Assembly (NCBI GenBank): GCA_027923505.1
Contig: BROI01000028.1
Coordinates: 124,001 to 188,000 of the forward strand
From: Mayamaea pseudoterrestris
Taxonomy: Eukaryota
Direction of reading: 5' to 3'
Length of the DNA stretch: 64,000 nt
Shown here: one piece after another, positions 1 through 15,000 of the stretch
Numbering within the stretch: position 1 is the first letter of the stretch
How the letters are laid out: the number at the start of each line of letters is the position of its first letter
Position numbers and translations under genes: made by a program
The notes under the pieces: generated by a model
What the model saw: the letters and a program-made list of their open reading frames with translations, nothing else
Database searches by the model: none
Told to the model about the DNA's origin: nothing

Positions 1-3000
1 TTGTAGCGCAGCCTGAATAATGATGTTGGCACCATTCTGGTGTCATTTGGGTGTATACATGGCCTGCTGTAGGGGCGTTTGAATGTCACGGCATCTGCAG
101 GCTGAGACTGGTGACAAGTTGTCACCAATATCATTGCCGTCCCCTGAGACACTAGCCAGGCATACCATCTTGTAGCGCAGCCTGAATAATGATGTTGGCA
201 CCATTCTGGTGTCATTTGGGTATATGCTTGGCCTGCTGTAGGTGTGTTTGAATGTCACGGCATCTGCAGGCTGAGACTGGTGACAAGTTGTCACCAATAT
301 CATTGCCATCCCCTGAGACACTAGCCAGGCATACCATCTTGTAGCGCAGCCTGAATAATGATGTTGGCACCATTCTGGTGTCATTTGGGTGTATACATGG
401 CCTGCTGTAGGGGCGTTTGAATGTCACGGCATCTGCAGGCTGAGACTGGTGACAAGTTGTCACCAATATCATTGCCGTCCCCTGAGACACTAGCCAGGCA
501 TACCATCTTGTAGCGCAGCCTGAATAATGATGTTGGCACCATTCTGGTGTCATTTGGGTGTATACATGGCCTGCTGTAGGGGCGTTTGAATGTCACGGCA
601 TCTGCAGGCTGAGACTGGTGACAAGTTGTCACCAATATCATTGCCGTCCCCTGAGACACTAGCCAGGCATACCATCTTGTAGCGCAGCCTGAATAATGAT
701 GTTGGCACCATTCTGGTGTCATTTGGGTATATACATGGCCTGCTGTAGGGGCGTTTGAATGCAGCATCTGCAGGCTGAGACTGGTGACAAGTTGTCACCA
801 ATCACAATGCCGTCCCCTGAGACACTAGCCAGGCATACCATCTTGTAGCGCAGCCTGAATAATGATGTTGGCACCATTCTGGTGTCATTTGGGTGTATAC
901 ATGGCCTGCTGTAGGGGCGTTTGAATGTCACGGCATCTGCAGGCTGAGACTGGTGACAAGTTGTCACCAATATCATTGCCATCCCCTGAGACACTAGCCA
1001 GGCATACCATCTTGTAGCGCAGCCTGAATAATGATGTTGGCACCATTCTGGTGTCATTTGGGTGTATACATGGCCTGCTGTAGGGGCGTTTGAATGTCAC
1101 GGCATCCGCAGGCTGAGACTGGTGACAAGTTGTCACCAATATCATTGTTGTCCCTTGAGACACTAGCCAGGCATACAATCTTGTAGCGCAGCCTGAATTA
1201 TGATGTTGGCACCATTCTGGTGTCATTTGGGTGTATACATGGCCTGCTGTAGGGGCGTTTGAATGTCACGGCATCTGCAGGCTGAGACTGGTGACAAGTT
1301 GTCACCAATATCATTGCCGTCCCCTGAGACACTAGCCAGGCATACCATCTTGTAGCGCAGCCTGAATAATGATGTTGGCACCATTCTGGTGTCATTTGGG
1401 TGTATACATGGCCTGCTGTAGGGGCGTTTGAATGTCACGGCATCTGCAGGCTGAGACTGGTGACAAGTTGTCACCAATATCATTGCCGTCCCCTGAGACA
1501 CTAGCCAGGCATACCATCTTGTAGCGCAGCCTGAATAATGATGTTGGCACCATTCTGGTGTCATTTGGGTATAGTCATGGCCTGCTGTAGGGGTGATTGA
1601 ATGTCACGGCATCCGCGGGCTGAGACTGGTGACAAGTTGTCACTAATATCATTGCCATCCCCTGAGACACTAGCCAGGCATACCCTCTTGTAGCAGCCTA
1701 GGCCACACCATGTCACGATCTGGTGTCATTTGGGTGTACACATGGCCTGCTTTAGGGGCGTTTGAATGTCACGGCATCTGCAGGCTGAGACTGGTGACAA
1801 GTTGTCACCAATATCATTGCTGTCCCTTGAGACACTAGCCAGGCATACTATCTAGTAGCTCAGCCCGAATAATGATGTTGGCACTATTCTGGTGTCATTT
1901 GGGTGTATACATGGCCTGCCAAAGAGGCGTTTGAATGTCACGGCATCTGCAGGCTGAGACTGGTGACAAGTTGTCACCAATATCATTGCCGTCCCCTGAG
2001 ACACTAGCCAGGCATACCATCTAGTAGCGCAGCCTGAATAATGATGTTGGCACTATTCTGTTGTCATTTGGGTGTATACATGGCCTGCTGTAGGGGCGTT
2101 TGAATGTCACGACATCTGCAGGCTGAGACTGGTGACAAGTTGTCACAAATATCATTGCTATCCCCTGAGACACTAGCCAGCCATACGATTTTGTAGCGCA
2201 GCCTGAATAATGATGTTGGCACCGTTCTGGTGTCATTTGGGTATAGTCATGGCCTGCTGTAGGGGTGTTTGAATGTCACGGCATCCGCGGGCTGAGACTG
2301 GTGACAAGTTGTCACTAATATCATTGCCATTCCTTGAGACACTAGCCAGGCATATCATCTTGTAGCGCAGCCTGAATAATGATGTTGGCACCATTCTGGT
2401 GTCATTTAGGTATAGTCATGGCCTGCTGTAGGGGTGTTTGAATGTCACGGCATCCGCGGGCTGAGACTGGTGACAAGTTGTCACCAATATCATTGCCATC
2501 CCCTGAGACACTAGCCAGGCATACCATCTTGTAGCGCAGCCTGAATAATGATGTTGGCACCATTCTGGTGTCATTTGGGTGTATACATGGCCTGCTGTAG
2601 GGGCGTTTGAATGTCACGGCATCTGCAGGCTGAGACTGGTGACAAGTTGTCACCAATATCATTGCCATCCCCTGAGACACTAGCCAGGCATACCATCTTG
2701 TAGCGCAGCCTGAATAATGATGTTGGCACCATTCTGGTGTCATTTGGAGTATACATGGCCTGCTGCGCACAGGGCGTTGAATGTCCGGCATCTGGCAGGC
2801 TGAAGACGGACTGGTGACAAATTGTCACCAATATCATTGCCGTCCCCTGAGACACTAGCCAGGCATACCATCTTGTAGCGCAGCCTGAATGATGATGTTG
2901 GCACCATTTTGGTGTCATTTGGTTGTATACATGGCCTGCTGTGGGGATGTTTGAATGTCACGGCATCTGCAGGCTGAGACTGGTGACAAGTTGTCACCAA

Positions 3001-6000
3001 TATCATTGCCATCCCCTGAGACACTAGCCAGGCATACCATCTTGTAGCGCAGCCTGAATAATGATGTTGGCACCATTCTGGTGTCATTTGGGTATAGTCA
3101 TGGCCTGCTGTAGGGGCGTTTGAATGTCACGGCATCTGCAGGCTGAGACTGGTGACAAGTTGTCACCAATATCATTGCCGTCCCCTGAGACACTAGCCAG
3201 GCATACCATCTTGTAGCGCAGCCTGAATAATGATGTTGGCACCATTCTGGTGTCATTTGGGTGTATACATGGCCTGCTGTAGGGGTGTTTGAATGTCACG
3301 GCATCCGCGGGCTGAGACTGGTGACAAGTTGTCACTAATATCATTGCCATTCCTTGAGACACTAGTCAGGCATACCATCTTGTAGCGCAGCCTGAATAAT
3401 GATGCTGGGACCATTCTGGTGTCATTTGGGTGTATACATGGCCTGCTGTAGGGGTGTTTGAATGTCAAGGCATCTGCTGGCTGAGATTGGTGACAAGTTG
3501 TCACCAATATCATTGCCATCCCCTGAGACACTAGCCAGACATACCCTCTTGTAGCACAGCCTGAATAATGATGTTGGCACCATTCTGGTGTCATTTGGGT
3601 GTATACATGGCCTGCTATAGGGGCGTTTGAATGTCACGACATCCGCGGGCTGAGACTGGTGACAAGTTGTCACTAATATCATTGCCATCCCCTGAGACAC
3701 TAGCCAGGCATACCCTCTTGTAGCACAGCCTGAATTAAGATGTTGGCACCATTCTGGTGTCATTTGGGTGTATACATGGCCTGCTGTAAGGGCGTTTGAA
3801 TGTCACGGCATCTGCTGGCTGAGACTGGTGACAAGTTGTCACCAATATCATTGCCATCACCTGAGACACTAGCCAGGCATACCATCTTGTAGCGCAGCCT
3901 GAATAATGATGTTGTCACCATTCTGGTGTCATTTGGGCATTCACCTGCTGGTGTCACGCTGGCTGAGACTGGTGTCACCAATATCATTGAGCACTAGCTG
4001 GCATACCATCTGTAGCGGGCCTGAATAATGATGTTGGCACCATTCTGGTGTCATTTGGGTGTAAACATGGCCTGCTGAAGGGGCGTTTGAATGTCACGGC
4101 ATCTGCAGGCTGAGACTGGTGACAAGTTGTCACCAATATCATTGCCGTCCCCTGAGACACTAGCCAGGCATACCATCTTGTAGCGCAGTCTGAATGATGA
4201 TGTTGGCACCATTCTGGTGTCATTTGGGTGTATACATGGCCTGCTGTAGGGGTGTTTGAATGTCACGGCATCTGCAGGCTGAGACTGGTGACAAGTTGTC
4301 ACCAATATCATTGCCATCCCCTGAGACACTAGCCAGGCATACCATCTTGAAGCGCAGCCTGATTAATGATGTTGGCACCATTCTGGTGTCAATTGGGCGT
4401 ATACATAGCCTGCTGTAGGGGCATTTGAATGTCACGGCATCTGCAGGCTGAGACTGGTGACAAGTTGTCACCAATATCATTGCCGTCCCCTGAGACACTA
4501 GCCAGGCATACCATCTTGTAGCACAGCCTGAATAATGATGTTGGCACCTTGTCTGGTGTCATTTGGGTGTATACATGGCCTTAAGTAGGGGGCATTTGAA
4601 TGTCACGGCATCTGCAGGCTGAGACTGGTGACAAGTTGTCACCAATATCATTACCGTCCCCTGAGACACTAGCCAGGCATACCATCTTGTAGCGCAGCCT
4701 GAATGATGATGTTGGCACCATTCTGGTGTCATTTGGGTGTATACATGGCCTGCTGTAGGGGCGTTTGAATGTCACGGCATCTGCAGGCTGAGACTGGTGA
4801 CAAGTTGTCACCAATATCATTGCCGTCCCCTGAGACACTAGCCAGGCATACCCACTTGTAGCGCAGCCTGAATAATGATGTTGGCACCAATCTGGTGTCA
4901 TTTGGGTGTATACATGGCCTGCTGTAGGGGCGTTTGAATGTCACGGCATCTGCAGGCTGAGACTGGTGACAAGTTGTCACCAATATCATTGCCCTCCCCT
5001 GAGACACTAGCCAGGCATACCATCTTGTAGCGCAGCCTGAAAAATGATGTTGGAGTCTGGTGTCATTTGGGTATACATGGCCTGCTGTAGGGGCGTTTGA
5101 ATGTCACGGCATCTGCAGGCTGAGACTGGTGACAAGTTGTCACCAATATCATTGCCGTCCCCTGAGACACTAGCCAGGCATACCATCTTGTAGCGCAGCC
5201 TGAATAATGATGTTGGCACCATTCTGGTGTCATTTGGGTGTATACATGGCCTGCTGTAAGGGCGTTTGAATGTCACGGCATCTGCGGGCTGAGACTGGTG
5301 ACAAGTTGTCACCAATATCATTGCCGTCCCCTGAGACACTAGCCAGGCATACCATCTTGTAGCGCAGCCTGAATAATGATGTTGGCACCATTCTGGTGTC
5401 ATTTGGGTGTATACATGGCCTGCTGTAGGGGCGTTTGAATGTCACGGCATCTGCAGGCTGAGACTGGTGACAAGTTGTCACCAATATCATTGCCGTCCCC
5501 TGAGACACTAGCCAGGCATACCATCTTGTAGCGCAGCCTGGATAATGCTGTTGGCTCCATTCTGGTGTCCAGTGGCAATATTGATTGCCTGCTGTAGGGG
5601 CGTTTGAATGTCACGGCATCTGCGGGCTGAGACTGGTGACAAGTTGTCACCAATATCATTGCCGTCCCCTGAGACACTAGCCAGGCATACCATCTTGTAG
5701 CGCAGCCTGAATGATGATGTTGGCACCATTCTGGTGTCATTTGGGTGTATAGTCATGGCCTGCTGTAGGGTGTTTGAATGTCACGGCATCTGCAGGCTGA
5801 GACTGGTGACAAGTTGTCACCAATATCATTGCCGTCCCCTGAGACACTAGCCAGGCATACCATCTTGTAGCGCAGCCTGAATAATGATGTTGGCACCATT
5901 CTGGTGTCATTTGGGTGTATACATGGCCTGCTGTAGGGGCGTTTGAATGTCACGGCATCTGCAGGCTGAGACTGGTGACAAGTTGTCACCAATATCATTG

Positions 6001-9000
6001 CCGTCCCTGAGACACTAGCCAGGCATACCATCTTGTAGCGCAGCCTGAATAATGATGTTGGCACCATTCTGGTGTCATTTGGGTGTATACATGGCCTGCT
6101 GTAGGGGCGTTTGAATGTCACGGCATCTGCAGGCTGAGACTGGTGACAAGTTGTCACCAATATCATTGCCGTCCCCTGAGACACTAGCCAGGCATACCAT
6201 CTTGTAGCGCAGCCTGAATGATGATGTTGGCACCATTCTGGTGTCATTTGGGTGTATACATGGCCTGCTGTAGGGGCGTTTGAATGTCACGGCATCTGCA
6301 GGCTGAGACTGGTGACAAGTTGTCACCAATATCATTGCCGTCCCCTGAGACACTAGCCAGGCATACCATCTTGTAGCGCAGCCTGAATAATGATGTTGGC
6401 ACCATTCTGGTGTCATTTGGGTGTATACATGGCCTGCTGTAGGGGCGTTTGAATGTCACGGCATCTGCGGGCTGAGACTGGTGACAAGTTGTCACCAATA
6501 TCATTGCCGCCCCCTGAGACACTAGCCAGGCATATCATCTTGTAGCGCAGCCTGAATAATGATGTTGGCACCATTCTGGTGTCATTTGGGTGTATACATG
6601 GCCTGCTGTAGGGGCGTTTGAATGTCACGGCATCTGCGGGCTGAGACTGGTGACAAGTTGTCACCAATATCATTGCCGTCCCCTGAGACACTAGCCAGGC
6701 ATACCATCTTGTAGCGCAGCCTGAATAATGATGTTGGCACCATTCTGGTGTTATTTGGGTGTATACATGGCCTGCTGTGGGGGGTGTTTGAATGTCGCGG
6801 CATCTGCAGGCTGAGACTGGTGACAAGTTGTCACCAATATCATTGCCATCCCCTGAGACACTAGCCAGGCATACCATCTTGTAGCGCAGCCTGAATAATG
6901 ATGTTGGCACCATTCTGGTGTCATTTGGGTGTATACATGGCCTGCTGTAGGGGCGTTTGAATGTCACGGCATCTGCAGGCTGAGACTGGTGACAAGTTGT
7001 CACCAATATCATTGCCGTCCCCTGAGACACTAGCCAGGCATACCATCTTGTAGCGCAGCCTGAATAATGATGTTGGCACCATTCTGGTGTCATTTGGGTG
7101 TATACATGGCCTGCTGTGGGGGCGTTTGAATGTCGCGGCATCTGCAGGCTGAGACTGGTGACAAGTTGTCACCAATATCATTGCCGTCCCCTGAGACACT
7201 AGCCAGGCATACCATCTTGTAGCGCAGCCTGAATAATGATGTTGGCACCATTCTGGTGTCATTTGGGTGTATACATGGCCTGCTGTAGGGGCGTTTGAAT
7301 GTCACGGCATCTGCGGGCTGAGACTGGTGACAAGTTGTCACCAATATCATTGCCATCCCCTGAGACAATAGCCAGGCATACCATCTTGTAGCGCAGCCTG
7401 AATAATGATGTTGGCACCATTCTGGTGTCATTTGGGTGTATACATGGCCTGCTGTAGGGGCGTTTGAATGTCACGGCATCTGCAGGCTGAGACTGGTGAC
7501 AAGTTGTCACCAATATCATTGCTGTCCCCTGAGACACTAGCCAGGCATACCATCTTGTAGCGCAGCCTGAATAATGATGTTGGCACCATTCTGGTGTCAT
7601 TTGGGTGTATACATGGCCTGCTGTAGGGGTGTTTGAATGTCACGGCATCTGCAGGCTGAGACTGGTGACAAGTTGTCACCAATATCATTGCCGTCCCCTG
7701 AGACACTAGCCAGGCATACCATCTTGCAGCGCAGCCTGAATAATGATGTTGGCACCATTCTGGTGTCATTTGGGTGTATACATGGCCTGCTGTAGGGGCG
7801 TTTGAATGTCACGGCATCTGCGGGCTGAGACTGGTGACAAGTTGTCACCAATATCATTGCTGTCCCTTGAGACACTATCCAGGCATACCATCTTGTAGCG
7901 CAGCCTGAATAATGATGTTGGCACCATTCTGGTGTCATTTGGGTGTATACATGGCCTGCTGTAGGGGCGTTTGAATGTCACGGCATCTGCAGGCTGAGAC
8001 TGGTGACAAGTTGTCACCAATATCATTGCCGTCCCCTGAGACACTAGCCAGGCATACCATCTTGTAGCGCAGCCTGAATAATGATGTTGGCACCATTCTG
8101 GTGTCATTTGGGTATACATGGCCTGCTGTAGGGGCGTTTGAATGTCACGGCATCTGCGGGCTGAGACTGGTGACAAGTTGTCACCAATATCATTGCCGTC
8201 CCCTGAGACACTAGCCAGGCATACCATCTTGTAGCGCAGCCTGAATAATGATGTTGGCACCATTCTGGTGTCATTTAAGTGTATACATGGTCTGCTGTAG
8301 GGGCGTTTGAATGTCACGGCATCTGCAGGTTGAGACTGGTGACAAGTTGTCACCAATATCATTGCCGTCCCCTGAGACACTAGCCAGGCATACCATCTTG
8401 TAGCGCAGCCTGAATAATGATGTTGGCACCAATCGGGTGTCTTTTGGGTATATACATGGCCTGCTGTAGGGGCGTTTGAATGTCACGGCATCTGCGGGCT
8501 GAGACTGGTGACAAGTTGTCACCAATATCATTGCCGTCCCCCTGAGACACTAGCCAGGCATACCATCTTGTAGCGCAGCCTGAATAATGATGTTGGCACC
8601 ATTCTGGTGTCATTTGGGTGTATACATGGCCTGCTGTAGGGGCGTTTGAATGTCACGGCATCTGAAGGCTGAGACTGGTGACAAGTTGTCACCAATATCA
8701 TTGCCGTCCCCTGAGACACTAGCCAGGCATACCATCTTGTAGCGCAGCCTGAATAATGATGTTGGCACCATTCTGGTGTCATTTGGGTGTATACATGGCC
8801 TGCTGTAGGGGCGTTTGAATGTCACGGCATCTGCAGGCTGAGACTGGTGACAAGTTGTCACCAATATCATTGCCGTCCCCTGAGACACTAGCCAGGCATA
8901 CCATCTTGTAGCGCAGCCTGAATAATGATGTTGGCACCATTATGGTGTCATTTGGGTGTATACATGGCCTGTTGTAGGGGCGTTTGAATGTCACGGCATC

Positions 9001-12000
9001 TGCGGGTGAGACTGGTGACAAGTTGTCACCAATATCATTGCCGTCCCCTGAGACACTAGCCAGGCATACCATCTTGTAGCGCAGCCTGAATAATGATGTT
9101 GGCACCATTCTGGTGTCATTTGGGTGTATACATGGCCTGCTGTAGGGGCGTTTGAATGTCACGGCATCTGCAGGCTGAGACTGGTGACAAGTTGTCACCA
9201 ATATCATTGCCGTCCCCTGAGACACTAGCCAGGCATACCATCTTGTAGCGCAGCCTGAATAATGATGTTGGCACCATTCTGGTGTCATTTGGGTGTATAC
9301 ATGGCCTGCTGTAGGGGCGTTTGAATGTCACGGCATCTGCGGGCTGAGACTGGTGACAAGTTGTCACCAATATCATTGCCGTCCCCTGAGACACTAGCCA
9401 GGCATACCATCTTGTAGCGAAGTCTGAATAATGATGTTGGCACCATTCTGGTGTCATTTGGGTGTATACATGGCCTGCTGTAGGGCGTTTGAATGTCATG
9501 GCATCTGCAGGCTGAGACTGGTGACAAGTTGTCACCAATATCATTGCCGTCCCCTGAGACACTAGCCAGGCATACCATCTTGTAGCGCAGCCTGAATAAT
9601 GATGTTGGCACCATTCTGGTGTCATTTGGGTGTATACATGGCCTGCTGTAGGGGCGTTTGAATGTCACGGCATCTGCAGGCTGAGACTGGTGACAAGTTG
9701 TCACCAATATCATTGCCGTCCCCTGAGACACTAGCCAGGCATACCATCTTGTAGCGCAGCCTGAATAATGATGTTGGCACCATTCTGGTGTCATTTGGGT
9801 GTATACATGGCCTGCTGTAGGGGCGTTTGAATGTCACGGCATCTGCAGGCTGAGACTGGTGACAAGTTGTCACCAATATCATTGCCGTCCCCTGAGACAC
9901 TAGCCAGGCATACCATCTTGTAGCGCAGCCTGAATAATGATGTTGGCACCATTCTGGTGTCATTTGGGTGTATACATGGCCTGCTGTAGGGGCGTTTGAA
10001 TGTCACGGCATCTGCAGGCTGAGACTGGTGACAAGTTGTCACCAATATCATTGCCGTCCCCTGAGACACTAGCCAGGCATACCATCTTGTAGCGCAGCCT
10101 GAATAATGATGTTGGCACCATTCTGGTGTCATTTGGGTGTATACATGGCCTGCTGTAGGGGCGTTTGAATGTCACGGCATCTGCAGGCTGAGACTGGTGA
10201 CAAGTTGTCACCAATATCATTGCCGTCCCCTGAGACACTAGCCAGGCATACCATCTTGTAGCGCAGCCTGAATAATGATGTTGGCACCATTCTGGTGTCA
10301 TTTGGGTGTATACATGGCCTGCTGTAGGGGCGTTTGAATGTCACGGCATCTGCAGGCTGAGACTGGTGACAAGTTGTCACCAATATCATTGCCGTCCCCT
10401 GAGACACTAGCCAGGCATACCATCTTGTAGCGCAGCCTGAATAATGATGTTGGCACCATTCTGGTGTCATTTGGGTGTATACATGGCCTGCTGTAGGGGC
10501 GTTTGAATGTCACGGCATCTGCAGGCTGAGACTGGTGACAAGTTGTCACCAATATCATTGCCGTCCCCTGAGACACTAGCCAGGCATACCATCTTGTAGC
10601 GCAGCCTGAATAATGATGTTGGCACCAATCTGGTGTCATTTGGGTATAGTCATGGCCTGCTGTAGGGGCGTTTGAATGTCACGGCATCCGCGGGCTGAGA
10701 CTGGTGACAAGTTGTCACCAATATCATTGCCGTCCCCTGAGACACTAGCCAGGCATACCATCTTGTAGCGCAGCCTGAATGATGATGTTGGCACCATTCT
10801 GGTGTCATTTGGGTGTATACATGGCCTGCTGTAGGGGCGTTTGAATGTCACGGCATCTGCAGGCTGAGACTGGTGACAAGTTGTCACCAATATCATTGCC
10901 GTCCCCTGAGACACTAGCCAGGCATACCATCTTGTAGCGCAGCCTGAATAATGATGTTGGCACCATTCTGGTGTCATTTGGGTGTATACATGGCCTGCTG
11001 TAGGGGCGTTTGAATGTCACGGCATCTGCAGGCTGAGACTGGTGACAAGTTGTCACCAATATCATTGCCGTCCCCTGAGACACTAGCCAGGCATACCATC
11101 TTGTAGCGCAGCCTGAATAATGATGTTGGCACCATTCTGGTGTCATTTGGGTGTATACATGGCCTGCTGTAGGGGCGTTTGAATGTCACGGCATCTGCAG
11201 GCTGAGACTGGTGACAAGTTGTCACCAATATCATTGCCGTCCCCTGAGACACTAGCCAGGCATACCATCTTGTAGCGCAGCCTGAATAATGATGTTGGCA
11301 CCATTCTGGTGTCATTTGGGTGTATACATGGCCTGCTGTAGGGGCGTTTGAATGTCACGGCATCTGCGGGCTGAGACTGGTGACAAGTTGTCACCAATAT
11401 CATTGCCGTCCCCTGAGACACTAGCCAGGCATACCATCTTGTAGCGCAGCCTGAATAATGATGTTGGCACCATTCTGGTGTCATTTGGGTGTATACATGG
11501 CCTGCTGTAGGGGCGTTTGAATGTCACGGCATCTGCAGGCTGAGACTGGTGACAAGTTGTCACCAATATCATTGCTGTCCCCTGAGACACTAGCCAGGCA
11601 TACCATCTTGTAGCGCAGCCTGAATAATGATGTTGGCACCATTCTGGTGTCATTTGGGTGTATACATGGCCTGCTGTAGGGGCGTTTGAATGTCACGGCA
11701 TCTGCAGGCTGAGACTGGTGACAAGTTGTCACCAATATCATTGCCGTCCCCTGAGACACTAGCCAGGCATACCATCTTGTAGCGCAGCCTGAATGATGAT
11801 GTTGGCACCATTCTGGTGTCATTTGGGTGTATACATGGCCTGCTGTAGGGGCGTTTGAATGTCACGGCATCTGCAGGCTGAGACTGGTGACAAGTTGTCA
11901 CCAATATCATTGCCGTCCCCTGAGACACTAGCCAGGCATACCATCTTGTAGCGCAGCCTGAATAATGATGTTGGCACCATTCTGGTGTCATTTGGGTGTA

Positions 12001-15000
12001 TACATGGCCTGCTGTAGGGGCGTTTGAATGTCACGGCATCTGCAGGCTGAGACTGGTGACAAGTTGTCACCAATATCATTGCCGTCCCCTGAGACACTAG
12101 CCAGGCATACCATCTTGTAGCGCAGCCTGAATAATGATGTTGGCACCATTCTGGTGTCATTTGGGTGTATACATGGCCTGCTGTAGGGGCGTTTGAATGT
12201 CACGGCATCCGCGGGCTGAGACTGGTGACAAGTTGTCACCAATATCATTGCCGTCCCCTGAGACACTAGCCAGGCATACCATCTTGTAGCGCAGCCTGAA
12301 TAATGATGTTGGCACCATTCTGGTGTCATTTGGGTGTATACATGGCCTGCTGTAGGGGCGTTTGAATGTCACGGCATCTGCAGGCTGAGACTGGTGACAA
12401 GTTGTCACCAATATCATTGCCGTCCCCTGAGACACTAGCCAGGCATACCATCTTGTAGCGCAGCCTGAATAATGATGTTGGCACCATTCTGGTGTCATTT
12501 GGGTGTATACATGGCCTGCTGTAGGGGCGTTTGAATGTCACGGCATCTGCAGGCTGAGACTGGTGACAAGTTGTCACCAATATCATTGCCGTCCCCTGAG
12601 ACACTAGCCAGGCATACCATCTTGTAGCGCAGCCTGAATAATGATGTTGGCACCATTCTGGTGTCATTTGGGTGTATACATGGCCTGCTGTAGGGGCGTT
12701 TGAATGTCACGGCATCTGCAGGCTGAGACTGGTGACAAGTTGTCACCAATATCATTGCCGTCCCCTGAGACACTAGCCAGGCATACCATCTTGTAGCGCA
12801 GCCTGAATAATGATGTTGGCACCATTCTGGTGTCATTTGGGTGTATACATGGCCTGCTGTAGGGGCGTTTGAATGTCACGGCATCTGCAGGCTGAGACTG
12901 GTGACAAGTTGTCACCAATATCATTGCCGTCCCCTGAGACACTAGCCAGGCATACCATCTTGTAGCGCAGCCTGAATAATGATGTTGGCACCATTCTGGT
13001 GTCATTTGGGTGTATACATGGCCTGCTGTAGGGGCGTTTGAATGTCACGGCATCTGCAGGCTGAGACTGGTGACAAGTTGTCACCAATATCATTGCCGTC
13101 CCCTGAGACACTAGCCAGGCATACCATCTTGTAGCGCAGCCTGAATAATGATGTTGGCACCATTCTGGTGTCATTTGGGTGTATACATGGCCTGCTGTAG
13201 GGGCGTTTGAATGTCACGGCATCTGCAGGCTGAGACTGGTGACAAGTTGTCACCAATATCATTGCCGTCCCCTGAGACACTAGCCAGGCATACCATCTTG
13301 TAGCGCAGCCTGAATAATGATGTTGGCACCATTCTGGTGTCATTTGGGTGTATACATGGCCTGCTGTAGGGGCGTTTGAATGTCACGGCATCTGCAGGCT
13401 GAGACTGGTGACAAGTTGTCACCAATATCATTGCCGTCCCCTGAGACACTAGCCAGGCATACCATCTTGTAGCGCAGCCTGAATAATGATGTTGGCACCA
13501 TTCTGGTGTCATTTGGGTGTATACATGGCCTGCTGTAGGGGCGTTTGAATGTCACGGCATCTGCAGGCTGAGACTGGTGACAAGTTGTCACCAATATCAT
13601 TGCCGTCCCCTGAGACACTAGCCAGGCATACCATCTTGTAGCGCAGCCTGAATAATGATGTTGGCACCATTCTGGTGTCATTTGGGTGTATACATGGCCT
13701 GCTGTAGGGGCGTTTGAATGTCACGGCATCTGCAGGCTGAGACTGGTGACAAGTTGTCACCAATATCATTGCCGTCCCCTGAGACACTAGCCAGGCATAC
13801 CATCTTGTAGCGCAGCCTGAATAATGATGTTGGCACCATTCTGGTGTCATTTGGGTGTATACATGGCCTGCTGTAGGGGCGTTTGAATGTCACGGCATCT
13901 GCGGGCTGAGACTGGTGACAAGTTGTCACCAATATCATTGCCGTCCCCTGAGACACTAGCCAGGCATACCATCTTGTAGCGCAGCCTGAATAATGATGTT
14001 GGCACCATTCTGGTGTCATTTGGGTGTATACATGGCCTGCTGTAGGGGGTTTGAATGTCACGGCATCTGCAGGCTGAGACTGGTGACAAGTTGTCACCAA
14101 TATCATTGCCGTCCCCTGAGACACTAGCCAGGCATACCATCTTGTAGCGCAGCCTGAATAATGATGTTGGCACCATTCTGGTGTCATTTGGGTGTATACA
14201 TGGCCTGCTGTAGGGGCGTTTGAATGTCACGGCATCTGCAGGCTGAGACTGGTGACAAGTTGTCACCAATATCATTGCCGTCCCCTGAGACACTAGCCAG
14301 GCATACCATCTTGTAGCGCAGCCTGAATAATGATGTTGGCACCATTCTGGTGTCATTTGGGTGTATACATGGCCTGCTGTAGGGGCGTTTGAATGTCACG
14401 GCATCTGCAGGCTGAGACTGGTGACAAGTTGTCACCAATATCATTGCTGTCCCCTGAGACACTAGCCAGGCATACCATCTTGTAGCGCAGCCTGAATAAT
14501 GATGTTGGCACCATTCTGGTGTCATTTGGGTGTATTCATGGCCTGCTGTAGGGGCGTTTGAATGTCACGGCATCTGCAGGCTGAGACTGGTGACAAGTTG
14601 TCACCAATATCATTGCCGTCCCCTGAGACACTAGCCAGGCATACCATCTTGTAGCGCAGCCTGAATAATGATGTTGGCACCATTCTGGTGTCATTTGGGT
14701 GTATACATGGCCTGCTGTAGGGGCGTTTGAATGTCACGGCATCTGCAGGCTGAGACTGGTGACAAGTTGTCACCAATATCATTGCCGTCCCCTGAGACAC
14801 TAGCCAGGCATACCATCTTGTAGCGCAGCCTGAATAATGATGTTGGCACCATTCTGGTGTCATTTGGGTGTATACATGGCCTGCTGTAGGGGCGTTTGAA
14901 TGTCACGGCATCTGCAGGCTGAGACTGGTGACAAGTTGTCACCAATATCATTGCCGTCCCCTGAGACACTAGCCAGGCATACCATCTTGTAGCGCAGCCT

